Source: Opitutaceae bacterium (GTDB taxonomy: Bacteria; Verrucomicrobiota; Verrucomicrobiia; Opitutales; Opitutaceae). From it: a stretch of DNA of 56,491 nucleotides. Position numbers and translations under genes: made by a program. Position 1 is the stretch's first letter. Each line of letters opens with the position of its first letter. The notes under the pieces were generated by a model. The model did no database searches. It was not told the DNA's origin and saw only the letters and a list, made by a program, of their open reading frames with translations. Shown here piece after piece: positions 9,859-20,608 of the stretch. Location: assembly GCA_028280955.1 (NCBI GenBank), contig JANQKU010000139.1, forward strand, positions 1 to 56,491, read 5' to 3'.

Positions 9859-10644
9859 ATGAACAAACCAAAATTATCAGTAGTGCTTGGTACATTCAAC
9901 AGATTTGATCTTATTCCGACATGCATAGAGCATATCAGGCAATCTGTTGGAAACCTTTCCTACGAAATAATCGTTGTCGACGGAGGTTCTACCGATGGAA
10001 CAAGGGAGTGGTTAGCGTCACAACAAGATATTTTACTACTTGGTGAACGATCACTGGAGGGTGCATGTGCTGCTTTTAACAAAGCGTTTTCTTTAGCTAG
10101 AGCAGAATATGTTGCTCACATTAATGATGATGCGTATTGTCTTGGGAATTGTTTAGAAAAAGCAGTAATCAAACTTGATGAAAATAAACTAATTGGCCAA
10201 GTTTCTATTCCAATTAGATGGTCAACTGAGGAATATCGGGTTGATTATGCTGAAGGCATACTGTACTGCAATATGGGGATTACTCGCAAATGGCTTGGCG
10301 ATCTGGTTGGCTGGTGGAGTGATTATAGAACATATTATGGAGATATAGATTTATCTTTCAAAATACGTAGGTGCGGATATGAAATAGTTGAACTAAAAGG
10401 AGAACGCATAAATCATCTTGAACATATTGATGAGTTGCGGATAAATAACACTCAAAAATCTGATGCCGATTTGTTTTATAGCAGATGGAAATCATACAAA
10501 TTCCCCCAAAAACCGAAATTTTTTGAAAAAGACATAGAATGCAAACTACCTTGGGTTAATGATATTGGTATGAGATTCAGGCCTAAGTTTGGATTTTTTC
10601 AAAAGGTTTTACGAAAGATAAATCATGCCTCAGGTAATAGATGA
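9859..10644 (+). CDS. Glycosyltransferase family 2
   Basis: 'LSVVLGTFNR......C...I.........EIIVVDGGSTDGT' and 'INDDA'. Preceded by a 312-bp AT-rich gap. Confidence 0.8.
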   Translation: MNKPKLSVVLGTFNRFDLIPTCIEHIRQSVGNLSYEIIVVDGGSTDGTREWLASQQDILLLGERSLEGACAAFNKAFSLARAEYVAHINDDAYCLGNCLEKAVIKLDENKLIGQVSIPIRWSTEEYRVDYAEGILYCNMGITRKWLGDLVGWWSDYRTYYGDIDLSFKIRRCGYEIVELKGERINHLEHIDELRINNTQKSDADLFYSRWKSYKFPQKPKFFEKDIECKLPWVNDIGMRFRPKFGFFQKVLRKINHASGNR

Positions 10645-11549
10645 TTATAAATACATGGAATATAGGACAGCTTTGCAATAGATTGCTCACTAGTGCGGAC
10701 ATCATGGGATTTTGTATTGAACATCAAATCCCTTACTTGAATTTGGGTTTATCTAGCTACAAAAACCTTTTTCCAAGATTAAAAAATAATCCGTTTTGTC
10801 AACTAGATATTAGTCACGAACCTTCAAATAAACGAGTTTTTTCCTTCACTAAAGGTCATCATTTTGCACTAAAAACTTTTAAGGCTTTGGGGAAACTTCC
10901 GTTTAGACGTCAACTTTCATTTCAAACAAATAGTGATATATTCGATATCAATAGTAGATACTCAAGCTATTATCTAGACACATATGAGAAACTGCAAACT
11001 CTGATTAGTAATAATATTATTATAACGAATCACGGGTGGCCGAGATGTAAAAATAATTTAAAACTGAAGCATCGTTCCATTATCAATAGAGAATTATCTT
11101 TCAACTCAGATCATTATACACTTGTAAGCAGATTTATTTCTAAAAAAATTCCGAAAAATAATAAGTTATTAGGGATACACATTCGAAGAGGTGATTACAT
11201 AGATTTTGAAAATGGAAGATATTTTTGGGATATTAGAGATTACATTTCATTTATTAGACAAATTTCATTTGAGAATGTATGTTTTGTAATATGTTCAAAC
11301 GAGAATATTTCAGAAAGTGAATTCTCAGACATAAATGCAATAGTATCACCATTTAGTTCTGCGGTTGAAGACCTTATTTTATTATCTCATTGCAATCTAA
11401 TTATAGGACCACCTTCAACTTTTTCATATTGGGCTGGTTACATGGGAAACTCACCAACTTTGAAATTAGAATCCCTAGACAAAAAATCTTTGAATCTTGT
11501 TAAAAACAAAATATGTAATCTTGAAATTCCCTCCGGATTACCAGAATAA
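10641..11549 (+). CDS. GT11-like glycosyltransferase (alpha-1,2-fucosyltransferase family motifs)
   Basis: 'GIHIRRGDY' (GT11 motif I HxRRGDY) and 'DLILLSHCNLIIGPPSTFSYWAGYM'. ATGA start/stop overlap with the preceding gene. Confidence 0.6.
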   Translation: MIINTWNIGQLCNRLLTSADIMGFCIEHQIPYLNLGLSSYKNLFPRLKNNPFCQLDISHEPSNKRVFSFTKGHHFALKTFKALGKLPFRRQLSFQTNSDIFDINSRYSSYYLDTYEKLQTLISNNIIITNHGWPRCKNNLKLKHRSIINRELSFNSDHYTLVSRFISKKIPKNNKLLGIHIRRGDYIDFENGRYFWDIRDYISFIRQISFENVCFVICSNENISESEFSDINAIVSPFSSAVEDLILLSHCNLIIGPPSTFSYWAGYMGNSPTLKLESLDKKSLNLVKNKICNLEIPSGLPE

Positions 11550-11550
11550 A

Positions 11551-12459
11551 ATGGAGCCTAATTCCTCTGTAACTGTTATAGTATTTAATCGGCCGAGCAA
11601 GACTAAACTCGTTTTGGATCGCATCAAAAAAGCCAAACCAAAACGAGTATTCATAATAGCAGACGGTCCGCGTAACAACCATCCACTCGATTTAGAAAAC
11701 TGCAAGAAAGTTCGCAAATTATGTGATGAATTCCAAATCGATGGCGAAGTTTCAAGAAATTATACTGATAATAACCTTGGGTGTGGAGTTCGACCAGCAA
11801 CGGGTATCTCCTGGGTACTAGGGCAAGTTGACCGAACCATAATCCTCGAAGACGACTGCCTTCCCCATCCATCTTTTTTCCAATTTTGTGATGGATTATT
11901 AGAGAAATACAAGGATGAACCCCAAATTGGGATGATAGCTGGCACTAATTTGGGAATCCGAGATACATCAAATAACTCTTATTATCTGTCCAAATATGCA
12001 CAGATATGGGGATGGGCGACTTGGAGAAGAGCTTGGAGTCAATTCGATATATCTACACCTGACTGGGAATCAGTTCGAGAATCCAATTGGTTACATGAAT
12101 GGTTAGAATCTATAGAACTAGCCAATCATTACAAAAATGCATTTGATAGGCATTTCTACCGCAAGGATGTTTGGGACTATATGTGGCTTTACGCCATGTG
12201 GAGACAAAGCAGCTACTGCATCGTTCCTAACCAAAACTTAATTTCAAATATTGGATTTGATCCCTCTGCCACACATACTGGAAACAAAGACTACTTTTTC
12301 GCAAATGCTAAAACTAAATCGATGAATTTTCCTTTGGAACATCCAAAAGTTTCGAAACCCGATCCCCAAACTGAATTGAAATTATTTAAAACAATGACGA
12401 CTCGTCATACAAGTCTCCTCGCAAAGTTAAAACGACGTCTCAAGACATTCGTGAATTAG
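11551..12459 (+). CDS. GT-A fold glycosyltransferase (GNT-I/HlpA-like)
   Basis: 'VTVIVFNRP....VL..I....P...FIIADGPRN' and 'ILEDDCLPHPSFF'. ATG at 11551 lies directly after the upstream stop. Confidence 0.5.
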   Translation: MEPNSSVTVIVFNRPSKTKLVLDRIKKAKPKRVFIIADGPRNNHPLDLENCKKVRKLCDEFQIDGEVSRNYTDNNLGCGVRPATGISWVLGQVDRTIILEDDCLPHPSFFQFCDGLLEKYKDEPQIGMIAGTNLGIRDTSNNSYYLSKYAQIWGWATWRRAWSQFDISTPDWESVRESNWLHEWLESIELANHYKNAFDRHFYRKDVWDYMWLYAMWRQSSYCIVPNQNLISNIGFDPSATHTGNKDYFFANAKTKSMNFPLEHPKVSKPDPQTELKLFKTMTTRHTSLLAKLKRRLKTFVN

Positions 12460-12464
12460 TAATC

Positions 12465-14345
12465 ATGTGTGGAATTGCAGGACAGATTGGGTTAAACAAA
12501 AACAAAGAGCAATTACAGGATGAGTTGATTGCTATGTGCGATGCAATCATTCACCGTGGTCCAGATGATGCTGGTTATTACGTCGACTCCAAATTGTCTG
12601 TTGCAATTGGGATGCGTCGTCTAAGTATCATAGACTTGGCAGGTGGAAAACAACCTTTCTTCAGCGAATGCGGTAAAGTTGTTTGTGTGGTTAATGGTGA
12701 AATTTATAACTACCAATCACTTCGAAAAGAATTGATAGATCGCGGGCATACTTTTTCTACAAATTCAGATTGTGAAACAGTCTTACACGCCTATGAAACA
12801 TGGGGGAGTAGATGCCTTGAGAAGATTGAAGGAATGTTTGGGATAACCATCTGGGATTCCGATAGCGAAGAGCTTTTCCTTGCACGTGATAGATTTGGAA
12901 TAAAGCCACTATACTATTCATGTAGCTCGGATACATTCGCATTTGGTTCAGAAATCAAGAGCATCCTACAATTATCTGACGCCACTAGAAAGATCAATCA
13001 GCAAGCACTTGCTCATTATCTTTGGAATTGTGCGGTACCAGATCCATTGACAATTTTTCAGGGAATCAAGAAACTACCGCCTGGGCACTTTCTAACAGTT
13101 TCTTATAGAAATATAACGAATTGTGTTCCTAAACGATATTGGAGACTCGATGTACACTTAACAAAAGATGCTCCAGTAACTACGGATTCGATGGAATATG
13201 AATTTCGTTCAAGTATACGTACACACTTACAAAGTGATGTTCCAGTAGGGATTCTGCTATCTGGCGGAGTTGATTCAAGTGCTGTTACAGCTATTGCAAC
13301 AAGGGAATACTCTGGAGCACTTAACACATTTTCTGTCGAATTTGATCGACCCGGATATAGTGAATTTGAATATGCTAGAGAGGTCGCAAAACGCTATAAG
13401 ACCAAACACCACGAAGTAACGATCGCTCCTTCTGAGTATTTAAATCTGACCAAAAAGTCGATCTACCTCATGGATGAACCAATATGTGATCTTGCTATGC
13501 CTGCAATGTATCGCATATGTGATTACGCGAAAGATTATGTCAAAGTCCTACTCTCAGGAGAAGGAGCCGATGAAATGCTTGGAGGCTATGTTAATCGTAT
13601 AAACGAAGCACATTGTTCCCTTCAACCTTTAGAACGATTAAGGCATCTAATTAGAACAGAACGTGGTTCCAGAATTAAAAGGCTTCTAAATGGACTTAAA
13701 AATTGGCCGAATGCGTTATCGATTCCTCCAGAAATTTGGCTTTTAAAAAAGGAGAACCTAGGATGGAATTATCATGATGTAGCTAAATTATTAGCCGACT
13801 ATCCACCAAATATCTTGGAACCTTTTAATCATTGGCAGACATCAGATGAGATGATTGATCGGTGGAAAAACAATGCGCAAAGCATTCAGGAAAGATTACT
13901 GTATTTAGACACAAACGTGAATCTGCCTGCAATTCTTCTCATGAAAGCTGATAAGATGAGTATGGGTGCATCTATAGAACTCAGAGTGCCATTTCTTGGT
14001 GATCAATTTTCGAGATACACTACCCGACTTCCTGATTCTGCAAAGATCCAAAATGGCCATGGAAAATTTCTGCTAAAAAAATCACTGGAACCATATCTTG
14101 ACCAGAAGCTATTATATCGGCGCAAACAAGGCTGGCCAGTTCCTATAGGAGAATGGATTCGTGATGAATTAAAAGATTTCTCATATCAAATTTTGTTTGA
14201 TTCAAAAGCCATCACTCAAACTAAGATTTGCAAGAATCAATTAAAACAACACTGGCAGGCACATCAAGATGGTCAGAAAGATCTAGGCAAGCAACTATGG
14301 CAAATAGTTCTATTCGAAATCTTTTATAATTCACTAGAAAGCTAA
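12465..14345 (+). CDS. Asparagine synthase (glutamine-hydrolysing) family amidotransferase (AsnB/WbpS-like)
   Basis: N-terminal 'MCGIAG' Cys nucleophile and PP-loop 'LLSGGVDSS'. Full-length two-domain architecture inside a glycan locus. Confidence 0.9.
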   Translation: MCGIAGQIGLNKNKEQLQDELIAMCDAIIHRGPDDAGYYVDSKLSVAIGMRRLSIIDLAGGKQPFFSECGKVVCVVNGEIYNYQSLRKELIDRGHTFSTNSDCETVLHAYETWGSRCLEKIEGMFGITIWDSDSEELFLARDRFGIKPLYYSCSSDTFAFGSEIKSILQLSDATRKINQQALAHYLWNCAVPDPLTIFQGIKKLPPGHFLTVSYRNITNCVPKRYWRLDVHLTKDAPVTTDSMEYEFRSSIRTHLQSDVPVGILLSGGVDSSAVTAIATREYSGALNTFSVEFDRPGYSEFEYAREVAKRYKTKHHEVTIAPSEYLNLTKKSIYLMDEPICDLAMPAMYRICDYAKDYVKVLLSGEGADEMLGGYVNRINEAHCSLQPLERLRHLIRTERGSRIKRLLNGLKNWPNALSIPPEIWLLKKENLGWNYHDVAKLLADYPPNILEPFNHWQTSDEMIDRWKNNAQSIQERLLYLDTNVNLPAILLMKADKMSMGASIELRVPFLGDQFSRYTTRLPDSAKIQNGHGKFLLKKSLEPYLDQKLLYRRKQGWPVPIGEWIRDELKDFSYQILFDSKAITQTKICKNQLKQHWQAHQDGQKDLGKQLWQIVLFEIFYNSLES

Positions 14346-14410
14346 TATTATTAAAAAAACATTAGCATTAATCTTCTACAATTAGTATCCTTACACTAAC
14401 ACATTTAGCA

Positions 14411-15367
14411 ATGTCTTGTCCTATCATAATTCACCATCGTGGTGCTTCAACATACTTGATATACACGATTTTAACTGCTAAACACTCGAATCCAAATCGA
14501 AGAATCATTCTCATCGGAAACGATTCAAACAGTTTTTTTTCGGCAATATGTGAATACCATAATGAAGCTGATTATCTTGATCACAGAAACAAACTGGAAA
14601 ACGTTTACAAACACTTAAGTACGCATTCCATAAGATTCGAATTCAATGCATTAGCTAGATGGTTTGTAATTGAGGATTTTTGTCTCAAGCATAAAATCGA
14701 TAGATTTTTAGTTATAGATAGTGATATGTTGATTTTTCAAAACATATCAAAATTGGAAACTATAATTCCTAATGGCTCGATTGCGCTGTACCATGAACCT
14801 CGTCTCACATCAGGACATGCTGTCTATTTTTCAAATTTTAATCTATTGACAGAATACTGCGAATTCGTGATCGATCAATACAAATATAATCTCTCCCTAT
14901 TAGAATCAATGCAGAATGATATGCTCACAAGAATGAATGAATGTGGAATCTGTGATATGACATTTTGGGGTATGTATCGAAAAAGGATTATCGAAATGGC
15001 TGTAACGATTAATGCAGAACTCTTTGATGAAATTTGGGATTATAACATACGAAACGACAGAGTATTATACGAAAGCGGGAGTAGAGCTGTTTTATTCGAT
15101 AAACAAAATGGTATTAAAAGTATTCGAAAATATGAAAAAAAGCGATTCTTAATCGATTCAAAAACCGAAGAAAAAATTGAATTGGCAGCACTCCACTTTA
15201 ACGGTCGCAGCAAAAAATACATGAAGAACTATTCTTTAGTTAGAAAAGCACCTCTTTTGATTATGCTAAGGTGTATCATATCTGAAAAGACAAGAAAGAT
15301 ATGGATCATTTTGTACAGAATAAAAAATCTGCTTTTCTCTAAACTAGATCGATTTCTCACAATATGA
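14411..15367 (+). CDS. Hypothetical protein, possible nucleotide-sugar transferase
   Basis: Long ORF in operon context (ATGA overlap with the next gene). 'FLVIDSDMLIF' is DxD-like. No confident family assignment. Confidence 0.45.
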   Translation: MSCPIIIHHRGASTYLIYTILTAKHSNPNRRIILIGNDSNSFFSAICEYHNEADYLDHRNKLENVYKHLSTHSIRFEFNALARWFVIEDFCLKHKIDRFLVIDSDMLIFQNISKLETIIPNGSIALYHEPRLTSGHAVYFSNFNLLTEYCEFVIDQYKYNLSLLESMQNDMLTRMNECGICDMTFWGMYRKRIIEMAVTINAELFDEIWDYNIRNDRVLYESGSRAVLFDKQNGIKSIRKYEKKRFLIDSKTEEKIELAALHFNGRSKKYMKNYSLVRKAPLLIMLRCIISEKTRKIWIILYRIKNLLFSKLDRFLTI

Positions 15368-16281
15368 CCATATCATGCATTATTCCTGCCTACAATGCTG
15401 CGAGTTTTCTGAGATCAACTGTTGAGAGTGTGCTTAATCAAACTCGACAACCGGAAGAAATAATTATAATCGATGACGGTTCTACCGATAGTACACTCAA
15501 TATCGCATCCAAAATAGATGGGCCGATACGCGTAATATCTCAAGAAAACTCTGGAAGTGCTGTTGCTCGCAATAGAGGTCTTGATGTAGCAAACAGTAAA
15601 CTAATTGCGTTCCTGGATGCGGATGATCTATGGGAACAGGATTTCTTGGAGAAACAGCATTCAGCACTCAGTGATGAATCGTATGATCTCTCATTTTCAT
15701 CCTTTTCTAATATGGACACACTGACAGGGAAATTTTCACAATCGAATCGTCTTGAGAACTCCTTGCTCTTCAACGCTCCACACTATCGCCAAAATGAAAT
15801 AGCCTACTTTTATGAACCATTACTGAATAAGCTTTTAATGGAGTGCCCGATTGTTACAACCTCAACTGTAGTCGTAAAAAGGTCAGCAATAGCAAAGCAT
15901 AATGGCTTTAACCCTAAATTAAGACGAGGACAGGATTATGACCTATGGTTAAGAATGAGTGAAAAGCTCAATTTTTGCTGGATAAATGAAACCTTAGTCA
16001 AACGCAGGCTGCATGATAGCAATGTTACACGCGATAATTTACGTATTGATAGAGCTCAAATAGAGATTCTTAGCAAATGGGATTTTCCAGGTTACTTTTC
16101 ATTAAAATCTGAATATCAGGCATTTCGCAAACGACTTGCACAATTGAATTTCTCAGTCGGTTGGAGACTAATGAAAAAAGATCAAGTTAAGGAATCTCGC
16201 GAATATTTCAAAATCGCCTCAAAGCTAAACCTCAAATATAAAACTATCGCTTACCTTATTCTCTCCTATTTAAAATTTTAG
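15364..16281 (+). CDS. Glycosyltransferase family 2
   Basis: 'ISCIIPAYNAASFL...V.SVLNQT....EIIIIDDGSTD' and 'LDADD'. Confidence 0.85.
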   Translation: MTISCIIPAYNAASFLRSTVESVLNQTRQPEEIIIIDDGSTDSTLNIASKIDGPIRVISQENSGSAVARNRGLDVANSKLIAFLDADDLWEQDFLEKQHSALSDESYDLSFSSFSNMDTLTGKFSQSNRLENSLLFNAPHYRQNEIAYFYEPLLNKLLMECPIVTTSTVVVKRSAIAKHNGFNPKLRRGQDYDLWLRMSEKLNFCWINETLVKRRLHDSNVTRDNLRIDRAQIEILSKWDFPGYFSLKSEYQAFRKRLAQLNFSVGWRLMKKDQVKESREYFKIASKLNLKYKTIAYLILSYLKF

Positions 16282-17442
16282 ATGTCACACAAGAGTGATA
16301 AGCTACTTATTTTTTCTCAGCGTTTTCCCCCTTCTGTAGGAGGAACTCCAACTGTCATGGGAAATCTGATCGATTCTCTCATGGATCAAAATTTGACAGT
16401 CTTATCACTGGCGGAAATCGGTGAAAAATATGCCAACCAAGTGGAATTTGAACATTACCGCCTCAGACCAAATAATAAAATAATAAGGAAATTAGATCCG
16501 ATTGGATTGAGTATCATACCAAGAGTAATTGGGAAGGCAAAATTAGTTCACAAAAAGCATAATAGCAGTGCAGTATTGTCAGTATTTCCCGGAACGCCCT
16601 ACATGATTGCTAGTTATTTATTTTCGATAAAGCATGACATCCCGCTTTTTCCCTATTTTTTAGATACGTGGCCTGAAGCAAGATGGCGAAGAATTGAACG
16701 CGCAATCTCCAAATACTACGAAAGTAAAGTTATCGAGAGAGCACAAAAAGTATACGTGCTCACGCCCGCTTTGAGAGATCATTTTCTGGAAAAATATCCT
16801 AAATGTCGTAATAAACTAAAAATAATTCCCCATTCTGTTCGTTACCCGTTCGATCTCCCACCCCCTCAATCAAGATGGAATCATAACGGAACACATATTG
16901 TGTACACAGGGCAAATTTATCGAGCAACATTTGACCCTATAAAGCTTCTCCTCGAAAGCTTCCACCATATCGAAGAGCTAAATCCGAAACTTACAATATC
17001 ATCTCCCGAAACTGAGAAAACGCTAAAATCCTATGGACTTTGGAATGGTGAACGATTGACCGTTGTGAATCTTGAACATTCAAGCGACGTTGCAGGGTTA
17101 CAAGCTTCAGCTGACATCCTGTTCAACCCAGTTTCTTTTGACTTTGAAAACGATAAACAAACTCAAACACTATACCCAACAAAAACTTTTGAATATCTTA
17201 AGGCGAGAAAACCTATGTTAGTCTGCGGCCCAGGAACTACATCATTCGTGAAACAGGCTAAACTAGAAAAATTTGCATACGTTGTTGATAAAAAAGATGC
17301 TCAATTGCTCGCCCAAACGATAAAACTTATAGTCGAACAAAAACTCACGTCTGAAATGTCAAACACCTATCTTGATAAACTTTCTCAACACAGCACCGAG
17401 AATATTTCACATAAAATTCTCTCATCAATGCAAAAAATCTAA
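16282..17442 (+). CDS. GT-B fold glycosyltransferase (GT4-like)
   Basis: 'FSQRFPPSVGGTPTVM' N-terminus and a C-terminal 'YPTKTFEYLKARKPMLV' GT-B motif. Confidence 0.6.
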   Translation: MSHKSDKLLIFSQRFPPSVGGTPTVMGNLIDSLMDQNLTVLSLAEIGEKYANQVEFEHYRLRPNNKIIRKLDPIGLSIIPRVIGKAKLVHKKHNSSAVLSVFPGTPYMIASYLFSIKHDIPLFPYFLDTWPEARWRRIERAISKYYESKVIERAQKVYVLTPALRDHFLEKYPKCRNKLKIIPHSVRYPFDLPPPQSRWNHNGTHIVYTGQIYRATFDPIKLLLESFHHIEELNPKLTISSPETEKTLKSYGLWNGERLTVVNLEHSSDVAGLQASADILFNPVSFDFENDKQTQTLYPTKTFEYLKARKPMLVCGPGTTSFVKQAKLEKFAYVVDKKDAQLLAQTIKLIVEQKLTSEMSNTYLDKLSQHSTENISHKILSSMQKI

Positions 17443-17462
17443 ACTAGAAAATTTGGACAGCT

Positions 17463-18302
17463 ATGAGCGTGCAAAACTATTTCGAAAAAACCTTTCAAGA
17501 TGGCAACCTGAAAAGCCTGATTGATAGGTGCGACAATTATCCCCTCGCTGCTACTTTCCTCAAATATTTACCGGAAGGACACGTTTTAGAGGCGGGATCA
17601 GGTGACGGAAGGTGGGTAGGTTGGCTAATCTCAAAAGGTTGGAGAGCCACAGGTTTGGATTGGAGTGAAAAGTTGTGTAAAGAAGCAGAAAAATATATCC
17701 CGGACGGCCAATTTGCCTCTGGAGACATGCGCAAAATGCCTTTTGATGATAATAGCTTTTCTTCCCTTATTGCACTCGGTTCAATTGAACACGTAGTAGA
17801 AGGTCCGGTCCAAATCTTAAAGGAGTTCCGCAGAATATTAAAAACCGACGGTACAGCAATAATTACGGTTCCAGATCGCGCATCAGTTCGAAAACTAATT
17901 AGGATCATCAACTATCCTTTTCATAGATTAAGAACTTCTCTAATTCTACGTAAAATATTAGGCAAAAACACAAATGGTAAGTCCTATTCAAAAGCATACT
18001 CTACAACAGTAAAAAAATGGTCGGCAGACATCAATTATGCTCAAAACGGTTGGTTTTTTTATCAATACAATTTTACTCGCACACAAATGTTGGAACTGTT
18101 GAAGACATCATCATTTCATTTAGTCAAAGATTTCAATTTTCTTCCTGATGAAGGATTGATACAAACTTTTGGAAGACTGGCGGGTCACTATAGTGAAAAA
18201 AATGAACCTATATTATCGATATTTGGGAAAATTCTTAAAATGCTACTTCCCGACTCTTCTATAGGGCATATGCGCTGCTACATCGTAACAAATAAAAAAT
18301 GA
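17463..18302 (+). CDS. Class I SAM-dependent methyltransferase
   Basis: 'VLEAGSGDGRW' motif I, 'ASGDMRKMPFDDNSF' and 'LKTDGTAIITVP'. Confidence 0.8.
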   Translation: MSVQNYFEKTFQDGNLKSLIDRCDNYPLAATFLKYLPEGHVLEAGSGDGRWVGWLISKGWRATGLDWSEKLCKEAEKYIPDGQFASGDMRKMPFDDNSFSSLIALGSIEHVVEGPVQILKEFRRILKTDGTAIITVPDRASVRKLIRIINYPFHRLRTSLILRKILGKNTNGKSYSKAYSTTVKKWSADINYAQNGWFFYQYNFTRTQMLELLKTSSFHLVKDFNFLPDEGLIQTFGRLAGHYSEKNEPILSIFGKILKMLLPDSSIGHMRCYIVTNKK

Positions 18303-19444
18303 TAAATAGACTACTTTTAGTCTGCGACTACAATTTCAGAGGAGAAAGTCTTGTCTCAAATTTTTTCCTGCAATTATCTGAACAATTGAGAGGTAAAAAA
18401 GTCGAGATATCATTTATTCTTCCAATTTCACCCTCCTCATTTTATGTAGAAAAGTTTAAAGCACTAGGAGTCAAACTGATTATTGTTGAAGGGTGGCGAA
18501 GTAAACCTGCAGATGCACACTCTCGAAAATCAATTTTCACAATCAGTTTTGCTGTTTTAAAACAGATGAGGAAGTATTCAATTGGAACGATTGCTTTTCA
18601 TTTTTCAAGTCCTTTGCTCCCTGTTGTCACCGGAATCATTTCACAAATCACATTCGCGAAAATTCCATTCACTGTTTTCCACCAGCATAACGAAGTAAAA
18701 GATTCGAAAACCTCAATACCAATTCCTTTCTTACCTAAAACCGCTAGATTTAAACTGGGATGGACTTCTCACTATGTAGACAAAATTGCCATGGTATACA
18801 AAGAAGGTGTTAATCGACTTTTAAAAAAAGGGGTACCAAAAGGTAAAACGATGTATATACACAACGGATTAAAACCTCCTTCGAAAGAACCAAAGCGTCT
18901 ACATGAGAATGAAACAACCACATTTCTTTACGCAGGAAGACTGATACCTGGAAAGGGAGTTGACATAGTTTTAAATGCATTTGCCCTGCTGAAGAAAAAG
19001 GGCTATAAATTCATGTTTTTGATCGCAGGTGTCGGAACTGAAAGAAAAAGACTCGAAACACTCACCTCAAAGCTCAAGCTTGAAAAACACACCATTTTTC
19101 TAGGATATAAAAGAGACATCCTAGATTTATATCTAAAGACAGACGCATTGCTTTTACCCTCTCAAACAGAGGCCTTGCCAAGCGTAATTATAGAAGCCGC
19201 ATTTCAAAAAACCCCCAGCATAGCTTCAAAAGTTGGAGGAATACCTGAGCTGATAATTGAAAACGAGACCGGTATATTGGTTCACTCAGAAAATGCTGAG
19301 GTTTGGGCGGATAAATTGGAGGAAGTTCTTTCTGGAGAAACTAATCTGAAAAATTTGGGATCGGCGTCGTACAATTACGTCTCAGAAAACTTCACGTTGG
19401 ATAATATGGTAGACTCTTACACGAAACTGTATCTGGAAAGATAG
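18299..19444 (+). CDS. Glycosyltransferase family 4
   Basis: 'FLYAGRLIPGKGVD', 'LLLPSQTEALPSVIIEAAFQKTPSIASKVGGIPELI..ETGILV'. Confidence 0.85.
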   Translation: MINRLLLVCDYNFRGESLVSNFFLQLSEQLRGKKVEISFILPISPSSFYVEKFKALGVKLIIVEGWRSKPADAHSRKSIFTISFAVLKQMRKYSIGTIAFHFSSPLLPVVTGIISQITFAKIPFTVFHQHNEVKDSKTSIPIPFLPKTARFKLGWTSHYVDKIAMVYKEGVNRLLKKGVPKGKTMYIHNGLKPPSKEPKRLHENETTTFLYAGRLIPGKGVDIVLNAFALLKKKGYKFMFLIAGVGTERKRLETLTSKLKLEKHTIFLGYKRDILDLYLKTDALLLPSQTEALPSVIIEAAFQKTPSIASKVGGIPELIIENETGILVHSENAEVWADKLEEVLSGETNLKNLGSASYNYVSENFTLDNMVDSYTKLYLER

Positions 19445-19455
19445 CTTTGAGCACC

Positions 19456-20604
19456 ATGACAGGAACTCCTCATCGAAAAGACAAAATTTGCCACCTTTTG
19501 CTATCATTGAATCAGGGGGGAATGGAAAACGGAGTTGTCAATGTATCCAATACAATTGCTAAAAACTCCGATCAATTCGAACAGATCATCATATGTATTC
19601 GAAGTGAAGGATGCTTGGCAAAAAGACTTTCAAGTTCTATTCGAGTCTACTGTTTGAATCAGAAAAAGGGGATCAGTTTAGCAGCCCTTCTTAAACTAAA
19701 AACAATACTCAAAAATGAACGAGTTAGAATCTTATACACCCATAACCACGCCCCATTGATTTGGGGTGGTATAGTTCGATTGCTACTACCTGGAATGAAA
19801 TGGATTCATGGGGAACATGGTTTTGCTTTAAAAGAGGTCATTTACCGTTGGGTTTCTCGCTGGTTGATTAAGAAAGCTAATTTGGTTACAGTGGTGTCTG
19901 AAAATCTTCTGGCAGAAACAAGGCATGCATACAGTCTTCCCAGCTTAGTTATATCAGTGATCCCCAATGGAGTTAATACAACTTTTTATAAACCCATATC
20001 TTCTGAAAAAAAGAAAGCTTTCAAGAACTTACGAGGCATTTCTCCAGACTCATTTTTGCTACTTTGTTCAGGCCGCTTAGAAAGGCGCAAAAACCAACAA
20101 TTCGCAATTAGAGTTATCCATGAACTCAACAACAGAAGACCCGGCAGTTGTCATTTATTATTGGCGGGCACAGGTGACGACAAAGGAAGTTTAATCAGAT
20201 TAACTCAGGAGCTAAAAATTGAGAAAAATGTTCACTTCTTAGGTTATCGTGATGATATGCCTATGATTTATGGATCATCCGACATATTGTTACTTCCATC
20301 TCTTTGGGGAGAAGGAATGGCAAATGCAATTCTGGAAGCAAACGCCTGCGGAATTCCCGTCATCGCCTCCCCACTGGAAGGAAATCTATATGTAGTAGAG
20401 GAAGGGATGAATGGCTTTACAAGGGAAGTAAGCGGAACATGCACCTCTCTTCATTGGGCACAATTGATCCATCGTTTAATCAACAATCCTCGAGAACTTT
20501 CTTTGCTAAAAGCGCGATCTCGTAAAAAAATGCAAAAGGAATTTAGCCTCACTCAAATGGTCGAACGTTACTCCGAGATGTATAATAATCTAGCGTTAGG
20601 ATAA
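19456..20604 (+). CDS. Glycosyltransferase family 4
   Basis: 'ICHLLLSLNQGGMENGV', 'LLLPSLWGEGMANAILEANACGIPVIAS..EGN.YVV.EG.NGF'. ATG at 19456; a TTG at 19447 is also possible. Confidence 0.85.
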   Translation: MTGTPHRKDKICHLLLSLNQGGMENGVVNVSNTIAKNSDQFEQIIICIRSEGCLAKRLSSSIRVYCLNQKKGISLAALLKLKTILKNERVRILYTHNHAPLIWGGIVRLLLPGMKWIHGEHGFALKEVIYRWVSRWLIKKANLVTVVSENLLAETRHAYSLPSLVISVIPNGVNTTFYKPISSEKKKAFKNLRGISPDSFLLLCSGRLERRKNQQFAIRVIHELNNRRPGSCHLLLAGTGDDKGSLIRLTQELKIEKNVHFLGYRDDMPMIYGSSDILLLPSLWGEGMANAILEANACGIPVIASPLEGNLYVVEEGMNGFTREVSGTCTSLHWAQLIHRLINNPRELSLLKARSRKKMQKEFSLTQMVERYSEMYNNLALG

Positions 20605-20608
20605 AAGG